This document shows, one piece after another, positions 40,647 through 53,685 of a stretch of DNA of 64,000 nt. The notes beneath the pieces were generated by a model. The model worked only from the letters and a program-made list of their open reading frames with translations. It did no database searches and was not told the DNA's origin. The stretch covers positions 17,732,001 to 17,796,000 of the forward strand of contig JBHGNT010000016.1 of NCBI GenBank assembly GCA_043228905.1. The letters run 5' to 3'. Numbering within the stretch: position 1 is the first letter of the stretch; the number at the start of each line of letters is the position of its first letter. A program made the translations under genes and the position numbers. The DNA comes from Azolla caroliniana. Lineage: Eukaryota; Plantae; Polypodiophyta.

Positions 40647-43255
40647 GTGTGTGTGTGTGTGTGTGTATTTATCTATGTATACGCCATGCAGGTCAGTGTG
40701 CTTGGCTTTGCCACTAGAACAACGAGAGAACTCATTGGCCTTGCGTCCCAACCAATATCCCTTGAATTGTTGTAATGTCCATATGTTCGAAGACGTGGCG
40801 AACATCCTGAATGCGTTCCAAAGACTAGTAGTCAACGTCTTGGAACTTTTCAAGCGGCTCATATGGTGCTACTACAAACCTCTTGGAACTCATAGAGCTC
40901 TTGGACCTTTTTTGGCAGGCTCATAGGGCGCTACTACAAACCTCGACCATTACGAGGGACACAATATTACGAGACTCCACCTTGTGACCTCTTTTGTCAA
41001 GTCCAATGCCTCGTCACTTAGTAATTTCTATCATGCCTTTTCTGTACATCTTAAAACCACTATGTGTATGTGTGTGCGGCATGTGTGTGCGGGGGCACAA
41101 CATGTTCAACTCATTTCATTGTTAACTCCCAAAGCGCATTGAATATAATGCACATTATTCATGAAAAACTAAAATAATTTAAAACCATGTCATCACATGT
41201 TTAATGCATTGTATCCTAACACACATATTTGAGCTGATTTGCGATTAGGAGTCTATAGACATTTATCATGCCAAGAGAAATTAAATGCATCACATAAATA
41301 TGTGTAGTATGAATCAACAATGAAACATCACATAAAGAATATGTGCAAGTCGATTGTTTCTAATTGCCAACCATCATTATAAATTCCTTCATAGAAATAA
41401 AAGACTACGGCATTTATATTTGTTTATGAAGTCTCCATGTTTCTACAACAAAGTGCACTTAGATAGGAAGGGCTTGGCTACCTAATATCATTATTTTTTA
41501 GCATTGCCTTCTACAATAAAAGTCTACGGAGACAATAAGGACTACTCATGGTGTGGTCCACTAACATCGTCGTTTAGAGTAGAAAGTCTATTGTTTCCAT
41601 GGTTTAGATTGCGGAAAAATTGATATTGTCTATTTCATTAAGGGTTTCTTTTCGGAGCAGATTGCTAATGTGCATGATCACAAACTAAAACATGTGAAAA
41701 TGGATGCAACATAAAACCGACTACGCAAACCCACAACCTTAATTGTTTTAGCATGCAAATTTTGTGGCATGAACCTAAGGCATGATGTATATCGACCCAC
41801 ATCACAATGTTTATGTACTATGTGGATCATCTTCCCCCAAGGACTAAATTGAGAAAGAAGCAACAATGTATGAATATTGAAGGATAATTCATGAGGCCAA
41901 AAGAGCAATGAAGCTTGAAAAGAACAACTTGGACATGATCTATGAATATATGGGATGCCAAGGATATGAACAAAACTTGACCAAGGAAATCATGAAGGTT
42001 GACCTCATGTAGGGATTATAGTTTATGACAAATATAAGGACAATTGATTCATTGTACATTATTGCACATTGCCTTCTTCATTGGATTTTCTTTTATGTTC
42101 TCCTTACATGTAAAGTAATGCTTCCTCTTACTTTAGAATTTATCATAACTTCCTATGGGATGCATAAAAAAGAGACAACGGACAAATGGAAGGAGGCTCG
42201 AAATACAAGAACTGTTATATTATACAATCTTGCACTTAATGTCAAGCATTCAACTCATGAAGTGGCGTAAGACCAATGTTAGTGGCTATGCTTGTGAAGG
42301 ACATTGTATGAAGACATTGTTTAATTGGTAAGAATCTGGTTGAAGTAGGGTGCCTTGAATCATTCTTTTACCAAACTATTGGGTTGCACGATCATCTTCA
42401 TCCATCCACTTTGCAAGAGTAGTTGAAAAAGAAATAGAAAAAGTTATGACAACAAGAAAGATGAAACCACACCCGTAGCCTTGGATGACACTTCTTGAAG
42501 TAAGTTCTAAAGAATGTCGTTCTTTTCTAGAAAGACTTTTCTTATCATTTTTGAATTTGCTCCTATTTCTTTCTACCTAATCATTCAACTTACTACCTTC
42601 CCTGAACCCAATTGGTGCTTCTTTCACATTTGTATTGAAAGGTTTAGCCTATTTGGATAAATTGTCAACTCACAAATGCGGTTCCGACCTACTTTGTGAT
42701 GTCAGAAGTCGTTAGGACCTTATTCGGTCTCTTGTTTATTCATTAGCTTCGGTTTGGAAGGGGCCCTTTTTGTTTCCCCAAAGAGTATCCTCGAGCAAGT
42801 TTGGTTGGTTTGGATTTTGGTCTACAATCATCATTGTACGGGTTCCGACCATCGTCATGGCTAGGCACGACTTCCAATCCTACCCTAAACCCTAAACCCT
42901 AAACTATTCATGACTATTCATGACAGGCAGGCAAGCATTGGGCATGTCCCATTGCATCTGGCATCAAGTTACATCAGCCGAATGTAGGCGAGGTGGGAAG
43001 TCAGAGGAGGAGACCATCTGCCGGTCTTCGGATATGAGATGAAACAAAATGGATGCAAATTATTTTGTTTCCTCGACAGGGTCTTTTGAGTGATGCGAGG
43101 TGGTTTGTCTTCGTGTTCCATTTTGGACCAACCGATCGTCATATTCCGTGTGTTGGGCCGAGAACCGATTCGGGCAGGTGTGAAACCAAAATGCTATTTA
43201 AAGGAGAATTGAAGGAAAAGGAAGTGATCTTCATCAATTGCCCAACTCAGAATTC

Positions 43256-45559
43256 ATGGTGCTCCCTCTCTGTGGCCCAGAGATTGTGGTTGCACAGGGC
43301 CATGGTAGCTTCCAGAAGCAGCTAGATCCTCCTGCACATCTCAGAAGAAGGACAAGAACAAGGATAAGAACCAGAAGGAGAAGAGGAAGGAGGAAATCTC
43401 TCAGCTCGCCAGGTGCGTTCCCTTCTTTTTCGTGTCAACCGGACATTTGCACAAATTTGTCTGTGATCAGACCTCCCCCGCATCGAGGAAATGCGATATT
43501 ATGTCAGAAGCAATGTGGAGATGTGGTATGGAGGCAGCAAATTAGATCAACATTCTCGGTTCCTGATGGGAAAAAGGAAGAAGAAAAAGACGATGATGAA
43601 GTGAAAGGAAAAGGAAAAAGGGATGGAAAAGATGATGAACTTATGGATAAAGGGGAAGTGATTAAGCTCATTTTGTCAAGCCATAATGATGGTATGGATG
43701 CTCTAGAGCATGGTAGGTTCTCACATGCACTGGCCATTAAAAATGCTGTTGTGCATGATATCGGTGTATCCAATGCCCTCATCACCATGTATGGAAAATA
43801 TGGACACATCCACGATGCTCGTATCATCTTTGAGAAAGCCAATGGCCACACGGTCATCTCTTGGACGGCCATGATTCATGCTTATTCTCACCATGGCCAT
43901 CATTCGGAAGCTCTTAGGTTTTTCCGAGAAATGGAGAGCCAGGCAATCGTGAAACCGAATGAAGTCACCTTCGCAACTATTCTTCGATCTTGTGCAGCTA
44001 TTTCTGCCCTCACAGATGGCCATTCAATCCATCTCAGTACAGTAGAGAATGGATTTGAATATGACGTCTTTGTGGGAACATCCCTTATTGATATGTATGG
44101 AAAGTGTGGATCTCTAGAAGAGGCTCGATTTATGTTTGACCGGATGGTGAAACGGAATTTAGCTACCTGGAATTCGATGATCACGGCTTATTCTCAACAA
44201 CATCAATATGCTTGGCATGCACTGGAGGTCTTTACAATGATGCTATTAGAAGGTGTAGGGCCAGATAGGATTACCTTCATTAGTTTGCTTAGTGCATGTG
44301 CCTTGGTAGGGTCATTGAGAGATGGGTATGTTATTCATGAACATGTGGTTCGGGATGAGATTGAAAAAGATGTCATGGTCGGTACTTCACTCGTTGATAT
44401 GTATGGCAAATGTGGTGCTTTGGAAGAAGCTCGGTCGACATTTGAAGATATGTGTGAGAGGACTGTCGTCTCTTGGAATGCTTTAATTGGAGCATATAGC
44501 AGCAACAAACAAGGGGAAGAAGAGGAAGCCCTTCATCTTTTTGTTGAAATGCAGCATGAAGGTGTAATGCCAGATGAGGTCACTTTCATACATATGTTCC
44601 ATGCATGTGAAAACTCTCTAAAGGGTAGAGAACTCCATGCCTCCATCACAAACAATACAAGCACCATGTTAGAGACCGCCCTTGTTTGTATGTATGGGAA
44701 GATAGGCAACTTAGATGATGCTCGGCGTGTATTCGATAATATGTGTTCGCGTGATCTCGTATGTTGGACGGCCATGATCATGGCCTATGTTGAGAAACGA
44801 GAAAATAGAAATGCTCTTTGTTTGTTTCAGCTTCTCAAGAAGGAGAACATAAAACCTGATGTAGTGAGCTTTGTGGGTGTTTTAACTGCATGTGCAAATC
44901 TCACTTCATTAGATGACGGTAGAGAAACCCATGCACTTGTGGCGGAAAGTGGTCTCGAATCGGAACTTTTTATCTTGAATTCACTTCTCAATATGTATGG
45001 GAAATGTGGATCTTTAGATGATGCTCATATAATTTTCCAGAAAACTGAGCAACGGAATCTAGTCACATGGAATGCAATAATTGCCGCATATGCTCAACGA
45101 GGCAATGCAAAGGAAACACTTCAATTATTCCGACATATGCAGAAGGAAATGATCACACCTGATCAAGTCACCTTTGTGAGCGTACTTTCCGCATGCATTC
45201 ACGAAGCCTTATTGGAAGAAGGCCTCGATTGTTTTGAGACAATGGTTATAGATTTTCGAATCTCGCCAAGCATTGAACACTATGGTTGTATGATTGATCT
45301 TTTCGGACGATTTGGAAAGTTAGCTGAGGCAGAAGACCTCATTTTCAGCATGCCTATAGTGCCAGATGCTCAAGTCTGGAACACTTTTCTTGGTGCATGC
45401 AAGGCACATGGTGATGGTATCAGAGGATTGTTTGCAATGAGGCATGCCATGAACATGGAACCTAAAGATGCGGCACCTTACATTTACCTGTCAAATATGT
45501 ATGCTGAAGGAGGGAGATTGGATGTGAATGGACCAAATAAAGTTCTGGTGAAAATGTGA
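43256..45559 (+). CDS. PLS-class pentatricopeptide repeat protein with a probable organellar targeting extension, E-type C-terminus and no DYW domain
   Basis: First in-frame ATG at 43256, Arg/Ser-rich N-terminus, repeated LIDMYGKCGSLEEAR motifs, and terminal EHYGCMIDLFGRFG..WNTFLGACKAHG..PYIYLSNMYA. Confidence 0.93.
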   Translation: MVLPLCGPEIVVAQGHGSFQKQLDPPAHLRRRTRTRIRTRRRRGRRKSLSSPGAFPSFSCQPDICTNLSVIRPPPHRGNAILCQKQCGDVVWRQQIRSTFSVPDGKKEEEKDDDEVKGKGKRDGKDDELMDKGEVIKLILSSHNDGMDALEHGRFSHALAIKNAVVHDIGVSNALITMYGKYGHIHDARIIFEKANGHTVISWTAMIHAYSHHGHHSEALRFFREMESQAIVKPNEVTFATILRSCAAISALTDGHSIHLSTVENGFEYDVFVGTSLIDMYGKCGSLEEARFMFDRMVKRNLATWNSMITAYSQQHQYAWHALEVFTMMLLEGVGPDRITFISLLSACALVGSLRDGYVIHEHVVRDEIEKDVMVGTSLVDMYGKCGALEEARSTFEDMCERTVVSWNALIGAYSSNKQGEEEEALHLFVEMQHEGVMPDEVTFIHMFHACENSLKGRELHASITNNTSTMLETALVCMYGKIGNLDDARRVFDNMCSRDLVCWTAMIMAYVEKRENRNALCLFQLLKKENIKPDVVSFVGVLTACANLTSLDDGRETHALVAESGLESELFILNSLLNMYGKCGSLDDAHIIFQKTEQRNLVTWNAIIAAYAQRGNAKETLQLFRHMQKEMITPDQVTFVSVLSACIHEALLEEGLDCFETMVIDFRISPSIEHYGCMIDLFGRFGKLAEAEDLIFSMPIVPDAQVWNTFLGACKAHGDGIRGLFAMRHAMNMEPKDAAPYIYLSNMYAEGGRLDVNGPNKVLVKM

Positions 45560-47558
45560 ACACTGTTCTGGATGCGAAAAGTCAGATTCATGAAGTTAAT
45601 GTTTGTTTATGCAGAGACATTTCTCAAGTCTACTTACATGAAATATCTGGTGTGCTAGAATTCTGGTGACTCCAAATTGTCATCATTAATTTTGGGAAAT
45701 CAAAAGCACCACCATCAGTCAGTAACAGCAAAAAGGGGTTTCTGAAAAGGACCATTTTAAGTGCAAGTGTGTGCTAATGTGAAAAATATAAATCCAACTT
45801 GCCAGAATTAGTTTTGGTCTTGCCACGAGGCAGCAAAAAAAAAACAACTGCTTTTTTCCAGAAAACTCGAACTGAGGAATCAAGGATTGAGAACACTTGA
45901 CAACCAAAAGTACTGGTTTCATAACTGCAAATGGTTGTGTTCTTAAAAGCGAAGTTGAAGGAAAATCATACTGTTTGTGGATAAGGTAAACCACAATTAC
46001 GATAGGCTCACAATGTCTGGGAACTAAAGCACTTGACAGGGAAGGGTATGCTAATGAGAGAAACATTGTCCCAGAAAAAGAAATTTGATGCAATGCAATG
46101 TGGCGACGCTAACAACGTGAGGACAGACTTTGATTTGAATATTGAATCCTTACCAGATTGCAACAGTGGAAGACGCAAGACCATATACTTAAGCAGCAAT
46201 TTGACATTGAATTTTTCTACCAAATTGCGAAGGTAAAAAATGCAAGATCATATACTCAAGCAGCAACGTGAAAATTGAATCCTACTACCAAATTGCAATG
46301 GTGAAATGCAATACATGTATTCAAGCAGAAATTTGAACACTAAATCTGTATACCAAATTTTGATGGTGAAAATGCAAAACCATATACTTAAAAGCAGCAA
46401 GCAGGCTCATGTAGTTGCTTGCTTATGACACGATACGATCACTGATATATGTTAAAACTATGTGACCTTGACTGGATAAGTTTGCCAATATATGTTAAAG
46501 TATGTAATTAAGACTGAATAAGTTTGCAAGTAGGCAAGAACACTGCCAATCTCTGAGCTAGCTTGATTTTCTCACAGAATGAATAGAATCAAGAGCATAG
46601 ATTACTAATAAAAAAAACAGCAAAGATATTGCTCAAAAAGTCTAGTATCTTTCAGGTAACTTGATTTTCTCACATGAGATGAATAGATTTGAGATCATAG
46701 ATTAACTTTTGAAACATTTCAGGTTTTCAGTTTTTCAACTTTCTGCATATGTTGAAGTAGTGATTATGATTGTTTAGTTTGCCAATATATGCAAAAGATG
46801 AGACTACTAACCTTCAAGCCTAGCGAGATTTGCACATGAGATGAATAAAATCAAGATTACAGATTATTATTGAATAATTTCTCAATTAAGATATCATAAG
46901 AGAAGAAAGGTATCCTTTTGAGCTAGAGCAATTTTCTCGCATAAGAATAGCATAGATCACAATTGTAACGTTTCAATAAAAGATATCATTGAAAATTCTA
47001 AATCACAGATTATTATTGAGTGATTTCTCATTTAGAATATCATAAAAGAAGACTTGTATCCTTTCAAGCTAGCTCAATTTTCTCACATGACAATAGCATA
47101 GATCACAATTGTACTATTTCAATAAAGATGAAATTTGTAAATGAAGGTTAAATGTAGTTATCCTTGATTGGCAACGGTGGTCATGTGATTTTGGGAATAT
47201 GGCATTATGATAAATCATTCTAGTTTTTTTGCCACCTTGATATGATATATTCTAAACATTGAGTTTGTGGTTCCATCACTTCCAACTTCCTTGTACTTGG
47301 GTTGACATCAAAGATACCTTGTCTTAATGTTCCGAGTCATTAGTATGTATAGTCAAACAATACAAGTTAGAATAAGGCACAATGCCATCCTTTTACAGCA
47401 TTTGCAGAAACAGAAGAAAAACTTATTTTGATGTGACAGATTGCAAAGAAACACTTCTATTAAATTACAAAGAAACATATCCATTAATAGAGAATAGAGA
47501 ATACAAAAAATGCTCTTTGGTTAGGTGTTGTAATTAGCCATGTTTACAATATATATTC

Positions 47559-47758
47559 TCAAAGAGGTGATGTGAGCACCAAGAATCTTAATGTTGACCA
47601 CAAATGAGATGAAACACATAATGGACCACCCGACGAATCTCCATCAAGTAGTGGAGGAAACCAGATCCCATGACCTTCATTCTCATAGAATGAACGCAGC
47701 AGCCCATTTTTATTAAAAATGCCTACACCCTAAAAATAAAAAATCTTCAGTAATTAAG

Positions 47759-47805
<47 letters not shown>

Positions 47806-50163
47806 AAGTATATTACCGAGTGATAAACCAAGCCCTTTTTGGTAGCTAAATCATGGCCCAAAACATCTCTTAAATATTTGTATGTTCGACTTATAAAGAG
47901 AGACTCCGCATACAAACCATAACTAAGGGGAAATTGCTGGAGGATGAAAAGGCTACTATTAAACTTTGTACCTCCATGATGTAGATGATCGTGCCATGTG
48001 ATGGATTAAGCGGAATAGTTGCTTCTGACCCAGGACGCATCAGAATGTCCAGCAAGATCTACGTGGACAAAAAAACAAAGAACCCTATCCTTAGCTAGTT
48101 TTCTAGGCACATGTTAATTATGTCAAAGACTTAAAAAAGAGATGTGCCAAGTTAACCTAATGGATATTAAAGGAGGAATTCTTGTTAGAAACAAAATGTT
48201 TCAATTATTGCAATAACATTTTTGTTTGAGAGGGTTCCAGTAAAACAGAAGCCTTACAGATTCTTCAAATGAAATTGAGCTGCTTATATGTTCAAATTGG
48301 CCAGCAATCACTCTCACTTCTGCCCCCCCCTTTCCCTTGCCACTTTCAAGGAACAATTTATTAGCATCTGACATCTCTACTACATTCAAATCCTTTGAAA
48401 AGCCTTTGATCACAGCCTTATTCATATTGTCAGTATCTGCTATATCTGTCTGAAAGCGAACTTGAATTCCATGCCGACTGAGCTCATTTCCTCTGGCATC
48501 CATAATCTCATGATTATTTACATTTTCCTCCAAGAAATATGTCAATGTCTCTGTTTGGTAAGTCTCATCATGCTGATGAAGTGGATACAAAAAGAACTCA
48601 TCCAAAGTCAAAACATTCCCCAATCCTGCAAGCTGCAACCAGATTTTTAAGTGTGAAACCAGAGAAAACTTTATCCAGAAAAGACATTGTTTATCAGTCT
48701 TTAGTGTAATGATACATTTCTTGAATATCAAGTTGCCAAATGTCCTCCTTGCATGTTATCTTACTATTCAGTGCTCGTCATTTTGACTTTATTTATTTCT
48801 CTAAACCTCCACCAGATGACCACCATTGATGGAAGCACATATGGATAGAAGGTGACAGAAATTTGAAACCTTGAATATCAAATATAAATGACACTCCTAT
48901 AGTACATTGGTTCTAGGCTCAAGGAAAAACAGTGGTTTTAAAACTCACCATGACAACTGAAAAGAGAAAATTATAATACATGTCAAAGCGAAGCATATAT
49001 ACTATATTAAAACTCAGAAAAAATGGTGTGATAATCGAAATAGAGAAAACATTTGGAGTGCAAATAAAACCTTTGTCTTCTGAACACAAACAGCTTCAGA
49101 ATTAATTCAATGTGCCATAGTTGTTAAGAAACGTGTATTCTACGTTTTAGAATACTCTGAAGTATTCTACACGTATTCTACGTTTTAGAACTGCCATTTT
49201 ATAATTTTTGACGTATTCTAAGTATTCAGCGCATTCTATATATTCTATGTATTTCACATTTCAACAAAGTTTTAAAATTTAAAATTTTCTTTTTTTAAGG
49301 AATATTTCACATATTTTACATGTATTCTACGTATTTAAAGTAATCTACACATGTTCTAAGTATTTAGCATATTTTATGCATTTTATCTGTAAAATGTGTA
49401 TTCTAAGTATTTAAAAAAAAAGGTTGAATACTTTTGGAATACTTAGCATAAGTATTCTACTCGTATGGTATGCTAAGTATTCTACAACAATGAGTCAATG
49501 TGCAAGTGCTGGATTGTTCTGATGTCATAAAATTAGCCTAACAAACATAGGTATAAATAAAACATGTAGAACACTAGAGTCTTCTTCTCCAACCACTCAT
49601 ATGATGATAATCCATGTATTATAGATGGCCTTCACTGCTACCTTTTGGGTTTTTTAAAAAAAATTTGATTCTTTGGCATGGTCAGATAGCCAAGAAACCC
49701 ACAAAGACTCAAAAGGCATGAAAATTACCCTCGTAGATGAATTTTGAGTTTTCATGGAGTGTTACTAGTTGATCAAACTAGAGCTTTCTAATATGAGTAT
49801 TTGCATACATTTTCCATCTAAGGTTTAGGTTAGGAATCTGCAGTTTTAGGATTACAAATTTAGGATTTTAGGGTTTAAGGTCAGATTTTCAGGCTTTAGG
49901 ATTGTAGTTCTTAACACCTAGGGGTTTACGGTTATTTTGGGATTATAGCTTTTTCAGGACATACCGCTTGTGATGAAGCTACTTCCAGGACCCACAATGC
50001 GAATAACACTGGCGTTGAGCCGAGCTGCAGTGAAGACAGATGCCTGTGACGGGAGGCTCTTCTTATTATTAATATAACTGCAACATACAGCACTCCCTTG
50101 TCTCTTCTTCATCAAGCCATGGCCCACAAGCCTAATACTAGCGATGGTTAGGAGAGCATCCAT
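47559..50163 (-). CDS. Highly diverged pirin-like (cupin) protein, 4 exons, ~274 aa
   Basis: Exons 50163-49965, 48625-48258, 48058-47972 and 47729-47559 splice GT-AG in frame. Pirin-like motifs occur in the correct order: LTLDEF, ETLTYFLE, GIQV, GAEVRVIAG, LLDILMRPG, IYIMEGVGIF, LRFLVL. Confidence 0.75.
47763..47802. repeat. (CT)20 microsatellite in intron 3 of the pirin-like gene
   Basis: Directly visible. Confidence 0.95.
49116..49492. mobile_element. MITE-like insertion in intron 1 of the pirin-like gene
   Basis: Imperfect TIRs CATAGTTGTTAAGAA / TTCTACAACAATG, many internal GTATTCTA motifs, and an 11-bp flanking direct repeat ATTCAATGTGC / AGTCAATGTGC. Confidence 0.7.
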
Positions 50164-53100
50164 GGCCACAAATTTCGTCTGTTTACACCATCAATCCGGC
50201 TCCAAAGCAATCTCTGCGTCAATGGGTTCGATCCTTCTGCCTCTGTCTCTGTCTAGATCGATTCGATCGATCGGATAAGCTCTGAGAGGTTAACCCTGCG
50301 CTCCTCTTTATTCTACAGGAATATACCGCCCCCGCCCCCCTTATATTTTTTGTTATTCCCGAAATACCCCTGTGTTTTCGGTAATTCCCGAAATGCCCTT
50401 CTGTGTTCTGACCTTCCTTAATTATGTTCAATTTTTTTTTCTTCATTACGTTTTGAAGGAAGATAATCGCACATTTAATGGGTGCTTATTTACCCTAGTT
50501 TGGTTTTCTATTAGACTGTTGTGATGCAATTGCCACTCGTTTATGCGAATTCGGTATTGATTATTGGTGCAAATGGGGAATGATTGTCTCGAAATGTTGT
50601 AAAATTCGGATAGCTTCATTTAGAGTTGACTTGGAAGTGTGCTCAAACTACAAACTAAGTGGACATAAAAGCATGGAAGGTGATCGAAGACCTATCAGAT
50701 GTATGTATGCCCAAAAAGCTCCTACCTCATGGAACTCGGAGCATAAATACATATGCTACCACATAAGGGGCACATACCACCATGCCCTTTATGTAAAAAG
50801 GTGGCACTAAAAACTACAAAAAAGCGTGGGACACTGATTGTGAAGTAAATACACACAACATACGCATTACATACATTCATACAAACACATTCATCCATTC
50901 ATATGCATACAAACATTCATACCACACATTCATTTACTCATACAACATACAATCATTTGAACATACATACACATACACACTTACATACAAGCTTATATAA
51001 TCATACATATAACGTACAACTTTAACTCTCTATCGATCCTTCTTATGTCCTCTTCTCTTGTTCATACACTTTCACACTTGGTTCCAATGCCAAATCCTCT
51101 TTGCTTGTGACACATACCACAATTACTTAACATTCCCCCCAACCATGTTGGATGTCATTATGAATCCTAGTCCTCGGGGTAAGGAAGACTACAAAGGAAA
51201 GGGAAAGGTAAAATGAGATGTGGATGTCATTAGGAGTGGAAGATAAGGAAGGGCTTGTTGTTGGGGGGAGGGGGTGATGGAGATTGTTCTGGAAATGGAA
51301 TAGAGTTAAGGAGAGTGGTGTAAGATGGGTTGTCAACATGGTGGAGAGAGACAAAGGTGTTGAATATTGATGGGAGGTAATTCAATGTCTTACGATAATG
51401 TGGTGATTGTGAAGAACTCCTTCATGTTACCCTCAAACCATTGATGGATGGCAGATGGTGAACATGGAGGGTGGATTGCGTCTGTACTTGGACTAAGGAG
51501 GACGAACCATGTGTGAACCATAGTTTCAAAGTCACATTGGTAGGACGATGATAGGATGGTTATTGGCATCTAGAGATCGCACCATTGGTGCCTAGTGGGA
51601 CTATCATTGAGGTTGAAAGTGAGGCCCCAACTAGGATGTAATACTCAAAACAGGGATGAGGTGAGGAGAAGTCTAAGTAGTGTCAACATTCAAATTGAGG
51701 CTTGGATGTCAAGGTCAAGGATATAGATGTATTTTGTCGACAACGTTCTCCACAACCTAGAGGATCTTGACTTTAGTGGGTTTATTTCGGCAAGGATGAG
51801 GGGAGGTTTGTCAAATGAAGAAGAGTGTAGGATCCATCCACTTAGCAATATTAACATAATCAAACCAAGGCCAATGCTATGGAAGAGGGAAGAAAACAAA
51901 ATTCGCGTGGATATTCAATGGATGACTAATAAACCACCATTGTAATTGGGGTTGAGTGTGTGATTGTTGAAAAAGAGAAAGCACCATGGTGATTAAACAC
52001 TTGGAGGGTCAATAAGAGAATCTAAACCATCGTGGAATTGACCCTTGGATTCGAAGGGATTGGGGGCAGACCATGTATGCCTCTTATCAGCATACAAAGC
52101 ACATAGTAGGACCTTGTCATGTAACCAATGATGTGCATTTAAGGGTAATTGATAGGGTGTGATGTGCGAACCTTGTCACGTAACCAATGTGCGATGGGCA
52201 ATGGAGTTATGAGAGTGGGGCTAAACAATGGTGTTGTTATGAAGGTGATGAGGGTGATTTTAGGATAAGGATGGAGGTGGTGGAGGTTAGGATAAGGATA
52301 AACCCTAAACCTTGGAAGTTGGAAATCTTGTTTGTATTGGAAATCCTTACCAATACGAGTTTGGTTCTATTGCATTTGAGTCCCTACTAGTTTTGGTTTA
52401 GTATTGTTGTTTATGACATTTTTTGGTTCTCCAATATGGTCCTAGATGGAATGCTATGAAATATGTTTTCTCTCTTTGTTGTTGAGATGGGCCTTTATAT
52501 GGTGGCCATGGATCCATCCCCCAAAAGCTTAGATGCATACCTTGAGGGATTTTATGGAGGATTTGCAACTTCCCATCTTCGATCCATGTTCATTTCCATG
52601 TGATTTTCATTAGGATGGATAGAGAGATGATATAGATAGTTCACATATTGTATCAATGTTTTGAATTCTAAATTTCTAAATTTTTAGTTTTTTGGAGTAT
52701 TTTCTAGTCTTATTGATTTCACTAGAACATTGACACCAAATCAACTTTTTTTCCTTAATTTATCAAGTAGATGGTTACCATTGTTCCCATTTCTCTGCAT
52801 TGTGTGGGACAATGGTTGCTACACCGAGGATATGTGCCACCTCTACGGTTCCACACCATCCAAGTATGTTGGCAGACTGACCAAATTGAATATGTGGCAT
52901 TTACAAGAAAATGTCGGGACTTAGAGGCATGATCTAATTGATGCATGTTGTCTAGTTTCCATGCTCACATTGAGGCTCCTTAAGTGAGAGTCGAGACCTT
53001 AACAAGTGTTGACTTGTTAAGGTCTCATCATTATATAGTTTTCATTGAGTTGTCCGCTTGTGATTGAGATATGGTTTGATGGCATTGTACTGCCCTCCAC

Positions 53101-53630
53101 ACATATTGACTTGAGGTCCTTGTGTCACATGTCCTCTTTGTTTGCCTTCGAGATATCATGTGTGATCACCTTTATTCATGCTTATCCTTTAACTTCTATT
53201 GGTTTCTTCTCTTGGTTGCACCTCTAAGGGTTGTTTCATTTGACATACTCAACATTGTTATCCAAGTATCCATTCCCTTTACGTTATGAGTAGCCAAGAA
53301 AATTCAATAAAGTATCTTCGTACATGTAGTAATCCTATGGGCTATATGTCCACTTTTTGGTTGAAGGAATCCCCACGGTTTTGCTTCTTGGCAAGAAGTT
53401 CCGTAAGCTTTTGATTGTTGCTTTTTGTTGAGAGTCGAACTCAACTTCCCATAGATAGGTTTCACACTAGCTCATGGACATGTTGGGCTAGTTTTATAAA
53501 TAGTAGAAAGGGCACTTGCCCTAGCTTAGTTGGTATATAAACCAACACATTGTAACTTAGTTACTGTTGGATGTTTTATGTTTGATGCATTTTTGGTTAA
53601 TATACGTTTTATCTATCTTTGACTTAAGAG

Positions 53631-53685
<55 letters not shown>

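Noticed and set aside
40647-40862. N-terminal extension of the 980-aa LINE ORF as a novel fusion
   Set aside because: It crosses a (CA)n tract and unrelated flank; this is chance read-through upstream of the 5' truncation point.
42883-42904. (CCCTAAA)3 telomere-like repeat; also degenerate TTTAGGG words at ~49820-49930
   Set aside because: Too short to indicate a telomere or fusion site; such motifs are common near plant promoters.
47817-47922. Possible extra exon in the pirin-like gene (AG...GT bounded)
   Set aside because: It would need a 49-nt intron and brings an in-frame stop. Skipping it gives the pirin-like EGVGIF junction.
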